The translations under genes were made by a program, and so were the position numbers. The notes beneath the pieces were generated by a model. That model made no database searches and had not been told where the DNA came from. It saw nothing but the letters and a program-made list of their open reading frames with translations. A stretch of DNA of 56,692 nt, the filler included, from Sphacelaria rigidula (lineage: Eukaryota), in the NCBI GenBank assembly GCA_964200075.2. It is 2 parts of 2 records of this genome, joined end to end, with 100 filler letters (N's around TTAATTAATTAA, not from the genome) between each part and the next. Parts side by side here need not be neighbours in the genome. Positions count along the whole stretch, not along the records: positions 28,420 to 56,692 come from CAXNAA020000102.1; 1 more part is not named here. One strand, given 5' to 3'. Of the stretch, positions 51,485-56,692 are shown piece by piece (position 1 is the stretch's first letter; every line of letters starts with the position of its first letter).

Positions 51485-52320
51485 TACTGAAGTGCTTCCA
51501 CAACATCGTGCTCACAGTGGCGTCAGGAAGTAGTGCCACAGGATTGGGAATGCGTTGTTAGTAAGCTGCTGTTCAAGACAAAGGACCCGCACGAATGCGG
51601 CAACACCGCGGCATTTCGTTGGAGGCCCACGCGGTCAAGGTGGTTCGCAAGATGACTTCGATTCACTTCAGCGCCTACTGCGAGTGGAAAGGCGTCCTAC
51701 CAGAAGCTCAGAGCGGTTTCCAACCCGGCCGGTCGACAGTCGACGTGATTTACGTTGTGCGTAGACTCAAAGAAGTGGCCAGAGAGACAAATGTTTCGCT
51801 GTGCGTGTGCTTCATAGACCTCCAGAAGGCGTAAAAGTCAGTCGATCGCTTTCTTCGTTGGAAGGTGCTGGCACGATACGGCGTCCCCGCCAAGATGAGT
51901 ATCCATAATTCGCCAGTTCCACGACGGCATGCGGGCGTGCGTGGGCCTTGACAGCGGCGGGACTGCTGAGTGTTTTGGCGTTAACCAGGGCCTCTGCCAA
52001 GGCTATGCTTCCCTCCGATTTTCTCAGGATCTTCTTCGCGACGGTGATAACAGTGACGTTTGACCGCTTCTCGATCGGTAAAGCGTTGGCGGATGGCTTC
52101 ATTCGCATCGTTGCAAGGGACAAGAGGACAAAGGACGAGCATAGCAGGACACTTTGGGCCATGCTGTACGCCAACGACGTTGGCATCGTTGCGCAATCTC
52201 AACCACGCCTTGCAAAGATGATGGCCATCGTCGACTTCTGCGAGGCGTTCGTTCTCGTGGTGGTGGAAACGAAGACGGAAATCATACACATCCGTTCCTC
52301 AAGGTGGATGTAACACTGTC

Positions 52321-52555
52321 TACGATAGCCCCCCCCTCCCCCCAATACAAATGGCTGGTTTGGGAAGGCAAAATCTACACGTAAATCGAAGTGAAAAATG
52401 CCGAGCACAAGGAGCAGCTGAGAATTCCCACGCTTGGGTTCGTTTTCGCCAATGTCGCCCATATGAGGCGCTTAATGCAGCTTGAAACCAAACATCAGGC
52501 GCTGTATGGCGATTTTTTTTATGACAGTTTTGTGCTGGTTTTGGGTAGAAACTGT
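52321..52555 (+). mobile_element. The ~230-bp MITE-like repeat nested in the LINE RT region
   Basis: Same family as 1-210; interrupts the RT between VVETKTEIIHI and VETAGQRHKQ. Confidence 0.72.
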
Positions 52556-54090
52556 CATGTGGTAAAAGGTGGAAACGGCAGGCCAAAGGCACAAACAAGT
52601 GGAGTATTCCGTCCATCTCGGTTGCACCATCAACAGCATCCGCGATGTCACCCCTAAGGTCAACCGCCACTCTGGCCAGGCCTGGAAATGCCTTGTCAGG
52701 TACAGCAGAGCGGTATACGATAGCCCGTATATCGTCCTGATCGAAATGGTTCATTTCCTGAAGAAAGAAATGTCATACTATACGGCTGCATGACCCGGAC
52801 GCTCTCGCCCAGTATGTTCGGCACGCCGGGGGAAGCCGACCGCGGGTTCCTGCTGTGGTGCCTCAACGAGCATGCCTCAATCCCCAGCGCTCCCGACTAC
52901 CACATGCTGTCATACCGCGCTAGGTCCTCGAAAGCACTGGCTTCAAGTGCATCGAGGCTACCGTGATGAGGCGGATCCTCCTATACGTCAGCCACGTCTA
53001 GCGCATGGACGACGAACGCCATGCACGACGAACGCCTCCCCAACATCATGCGTGGAGAGATGGTCGGAGGGCAGAGGACCGCAGGCCAACCCGCGATTTT
53101 CCTAGAACACCGTGTCACGAAGTACTGCTCCGTTTCGGAATAGAGGCGACAACATGAACGCAGTTCGCCCGAGATGTTTCCGAGCGGAACTGGGTCGCCG
53201 TTAGATGGGGTGGTGCAGCGCAAAAGCGTTAATTGATGTCGAGAGCATGGCGCTGTACTGTCCACAGTCGTTACGTAATACGGATTGGCAACTACTTTTC
53301 TTTTACGAGCTGGGCCAGTCGTGAAACGTAGAACCCCTCAGCGCACAATAACGTCTTCAGCTTCCCGAATCAGCCCGATCTAAGCCTATCACACTCTGTA
53401 CAAAAGATGTATTGTCAAAATTCGTACTGCGTACAGTATGGAATCCATTGTCTATTGGAATAGACGGGATAGTCGATACTGTACGCAGTACACTTTTATG
53501 ACAATGTAATCCGTTGTCCACGGTTGGAAGCATATCGCTGTGAACTGCAGACAAACCTGGTCATGCAGGCTTTGCCGCTAAAAAGAAAATGAAGAAAATG
53601 TACAGCATAATATATAATATGCGACCTCAATGACGAAACCAGATTCTACGAACAAACAGGATCTATCGGGATTCGAATTCGTGACCTCCATAACTAGAGT
53701 GCCCCGTATCACGCAGATTGCACTGGCGCAGCGGTGTCACACAAAACGCTTTACGCTGGGCCCAACTTGAGGATTTTTTGGCCGAAATTTCACTGTGATC
53801 TTCTGCGCGCACGTACAAAACTCGTGACGAGGGATGCCGCCATTCTTTTCACGGAGAGACGAAATTTTCCAGTTTTTGCTGAAATTTCAAATCGCTCCAC
53901 TTTTTTTTTTCTTAGCATCCCCGGAGATGTGCTTGTTGATGATGAAAATGTGTCGAAATCTCAGCGCCTAATTATTCAAATTAAGCACCGCGTCACCCTT
54001 TCACTGACAGAAAACACAATCAGCTGGTCCAGTTCGTTGTGCACTGTAATAGCCGCTGCTATAGTGCCATCATTTGATTACTGCGTGCAC

Positions 54091-54722
54091 TTGACCCTTG
54101 GACCGCTAAGGTAGTTCCATATGGATCATGCATACTTCTTGTGAGTGAAATTGATGCCGACTCAACCGATGGTCTACTCTCGCCGTCGAAGGATTAATCA
54201 GATTTTTTCGCATGTGATTTTTCATCTTCACTCGAACGTAAGGCAGTCGAAGAGGCAGGTCGTCTCTGGAAATATACTTTCCAAATCCGTGTTGGAACAA
54301 TATGGAGTAAAACCCCAGTTCTAGTGGCGGGTTGGACGGCAGCGGCCAAAACCTCACCTTCCGTTTGCTGCAGCTGAGGGCTCCTGCCTACTTCTCTACT
54401 TCACTATATAACCGGTATTACGCAGTACAGCCCTTTGAATCCTGCGTGCACTTGATCCTTTGACCGTGAGCGTAGTCCATCTGGATCATGCATTTTGTTT
54501 TCAAGTGAAATCATTGCCGATTCAACACATGACCTGAGTAGACTCTCGCCGTCAAAGGGTTAACCTCTAAGACCACAAGGGCAATCCATCTGGATCATGT
54601 ACACTTTTTTCACGTGAAACTGATGTCGATTCAGCAGATGATCGACTCTCGCTGTCTCACGGTTAACCCATAGACCGCGAGGGTAGGTAGTCCATCTGAA
54701 TCATGCATACTTTTTTCAAGTG
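54091..54722. mobile_element. Cluster of four related piggyBac-like MITE copies, three of them in tandem
   Basis: Copies at about 54091-54197, 54452-54563, 54564-54666 and 54667-54722 (truncated). Internal motif ggatcatgcatac-ttttt-cargtgaaa is the reverse complement of the 11690 copy's core; tandem copies are joined by single TTAAs. Confidence 0.75.
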
Positions 54723-55301
54723 GACATTACTCCCTGCCCAACGGCAAGCAGTGGCACTTCAACGGTTGCAGGGCAGGCGCTACCCGACGGCCCAGCCCGT
54801 AGCAGTCCCCAACGGCCAATATGATCCAAATTTCAGTCAACGCCCCGGATGGCCGAGAAAAGGTGCACGAAGGGCTCGGGTTCCCAGCCTCTGAAACTCC
54901 GACCCCCTCCGTCGGTGGTGCTTATGCTGAACGGTCTAAGCGTACGTCGTCACCGTCGACGCCCATACCCTCGCGAGCACCACTATCCCATCCTATTAGC
55001 GCCTCTTTCGTCGACTGAAAATGACTACAAGTCGAGAAAAAACATGCGAACCTGGTGTTTACTCAACACCACCCTTGACCGAAAAGAAACTGCGTCGAGT
55101 CGGTGAGCATTGGTGCGTAGGTTGCGAGGTGAGAAGCAGTCGGTAAGCAGTCGTGCGTGAAAAGTTCATGCTGCAAATCTGGGCATTTGCTTCATGCGGA
55201 GGTACCTTGATAGACAGTCGGCATTTTTTGGATTTACGCAGTGAAGCAGAACGATAGCTTTTGAGAGTCAGTACTGAAGCAGAACGGAATGCTTTAGAGA
55301 G

Positions 55302-55645
55302 AGTATATGTTGTCATCCCATCTACTCGGGACGCAAGTCTTCACCTTTCGGTACATGTGGGCGCATCGGCCGGGATCACGCAGAAGGAAGTCCAACACAG
55401 CATTTTTTCCCCTTGTTATTTAGTTTCAGTACTCTAGCTTCCTTCTGCGGTGCCTTATTTTTTGTCGCGGGAGGGGTTCAGCTATTCCTTTCTCCCGTCG
55501 ACCGTGACGTCGATTTTTGGGTACCCGCGACATAGTCGCTCTCCCCTGTTGGGCATTGTGTGAGAAAAAATCCCAGATTTTGTGACTGCACCAAGATTGG
55601 AACCCACGACCCAACTGTCAGAAATGATTTTAGATTACTGGGGTG
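55302..55645 (-). mobile_element. tRNA-derived SINE, family A, copy 3 (head partly eroded)
   Basis: Body aligns with the other two copies (cacctttcggta...ccttctgcggtgc...gaggggttcag...gttgggcat). Confidence 0.72.
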
Positions 55646-56292
55646 CAACATATGGTTAATATGATTGAGAGTGACTGTTTTGGTCCCGCAGGCCACGTAT
55701 TGGGAAAAACATTTCTGATGGACTATTTTTATGCTGATTAAAATATTCAAGACAGCTTAATGGCAATCTGAATAAAACAATGGGGCGGGGAGACCTAACG
55801 ATATCAATGATATTGACTAGTGGTGAGCCACGGCTGACGCACGTGGCAGCAGCGCCACAGGTACCAACGCCACGGGTTTCGCACGCGTGGTGGTGTTGAA
55901 CGAAATTGCAAACGACCTCGACGTTAACCATAATTTATAAGTATAATGAAGCATAAGCGAATAATAAGGGTTCCAGCCCCACGGCAAACCTGACCGATAT
56001 GGGTGCTAAATGGGGAAGGGTGTTAGCCTCCGAAAAGTGTCCGGGCTGTTCGACGACAGGTTACTCCAGATTGCCCAGTCTCCTTCGTTTCTTCGGATCC
56101 ACTTGATTTCAGCCTACATCCTTGACATGCGGAAATTGTGCGTTAGGGTGACGCCCTCCCTATTCAGACGCCACATACACTTCCACACCAACGACATTCT
56201 GGCGTTGATCCTTTTTTCCAAGTGCGTCAAGGGCATGTCGGGTTGAGTATGTACTTTTGAATACTCGGGTAAAATAGTCGGGCCTTTACTGT

Positions 56293-56422
56293 ACCCAAGG
56301 TTTGGGCAGCTTCGGTACGGCCTCAAATACTCCACCAAATTTTGACGTAGATTGGGTTCGGCGTCAAATACCTTATCCAAGTTTCGGATAGATTGGGTAC
56401 GACCTCAAACACCCTACCCAAA
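56293..56422. repeat. Three degenerate ~41-bp tandem units
   Basis: Recurring ggt-cgrc-tcaaayac---ccaa motif. Confidence 0.6.
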
Positions 56423-56648
56423 TATTACGTGGGCACTCTCACCAATACCTGCGTTTTGGGCAGGTTGGGTAACACACTCTGGACAATGGACATAATATAG
56501 TCCATTGCTTCAGCAATAGACACGGGGGAAAATCCATCGGTATATACATATGATCGAACACGATAGATGTTATAACACATCTATTGATATGTATTGCAAG
56601 GGACAAGAGATGTTGCAATAGTCGATCGATAGCCTATGGTAATGACAG

Positions 56649-56673
56649 TTATTATTATTATTATTATTATTAT
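56649..56673. repeat. (TTA)n microsatellite
   Basis: Direct inspection. Confidence 0.9.
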
Positions 56674-56692
56674 TTCCGCACATTAGTCCGAT

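Larger units (their letters stand above)
49050..53300 (+). mobile_element. Decayed, near full-length RTE-clade LINE (APE endonuclease + reverse transcriptase), in SYS1 intron 2
   Basis: Endonuclease motifs ELIVATWNVRTM (about 49662) and IALQDTR. RT motifs NHRGISL, LPEAQSGFQPGRSTVDVIYVVRRL..CVCFIDLQKA, LYANDV (degenerate YADD) and VHLGCTI. Many stops and frameshifts; ends approximate. Confidence 0.9.

Noticed and set aside
49660..53200. Active or domesticated reverse transcriptase
   Set aside because: Multiple stops, frameshifts, nested insertions and a YAND catalytic motif indicate a dead copy.
55970..56380. Minus-strand coding fragment
   Set aside because: Interrupted by stops, merges into a tandem repeat, and has no recognisable family.

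Overview
Eukaryotic, intron-rich genomic DNA, most likely from a brown alga or other photosynthetic stramenopile. This is inferred from the long repeat-filled introns, short exons, head-to-head gene pairs and a bipartite plastid-targeting presequence. Manual splicing gives six genes in three divergent pairs. Pair 1: AP-3 beta subunit (-, 5 exons, runs off the left end) and a Ctr/COPT copper transporter (+). Pair 2: a complete RING/B-box1/B-box2/coiled-coil (TRIM-like) protein (-, 4 exons, about 586 aa) and the first exon of a plastid-targeted protein (+). Pair 3: GARP subunit Vps52 (-, 12 exons, cut by an assembly gap) and Golgi protein Sys1 (+, 2 exons seen). An artificial scaffold linker (N44-TTAATTAATTAA-N44) lies at 28320-28419, so the two halves may not be contiguous. 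The introns hold a decayed RTE-clade LINE with three nested insertions, tRNA-derived SINEs, TTAA-flanked piggyBac-like MITEs (including a tandem array), hAT-like elements, fold-back MITEs and degenerate minisatellites. No rRNA, true tRNA, CRISPR array or prokaryotic system was seen. The most notable items are the TRIM-type architecture outside animals, the Vps52/Sys1 pairing and a probable GC-AG intron. No clearly new biological system can be demonstrated from sequence alone.
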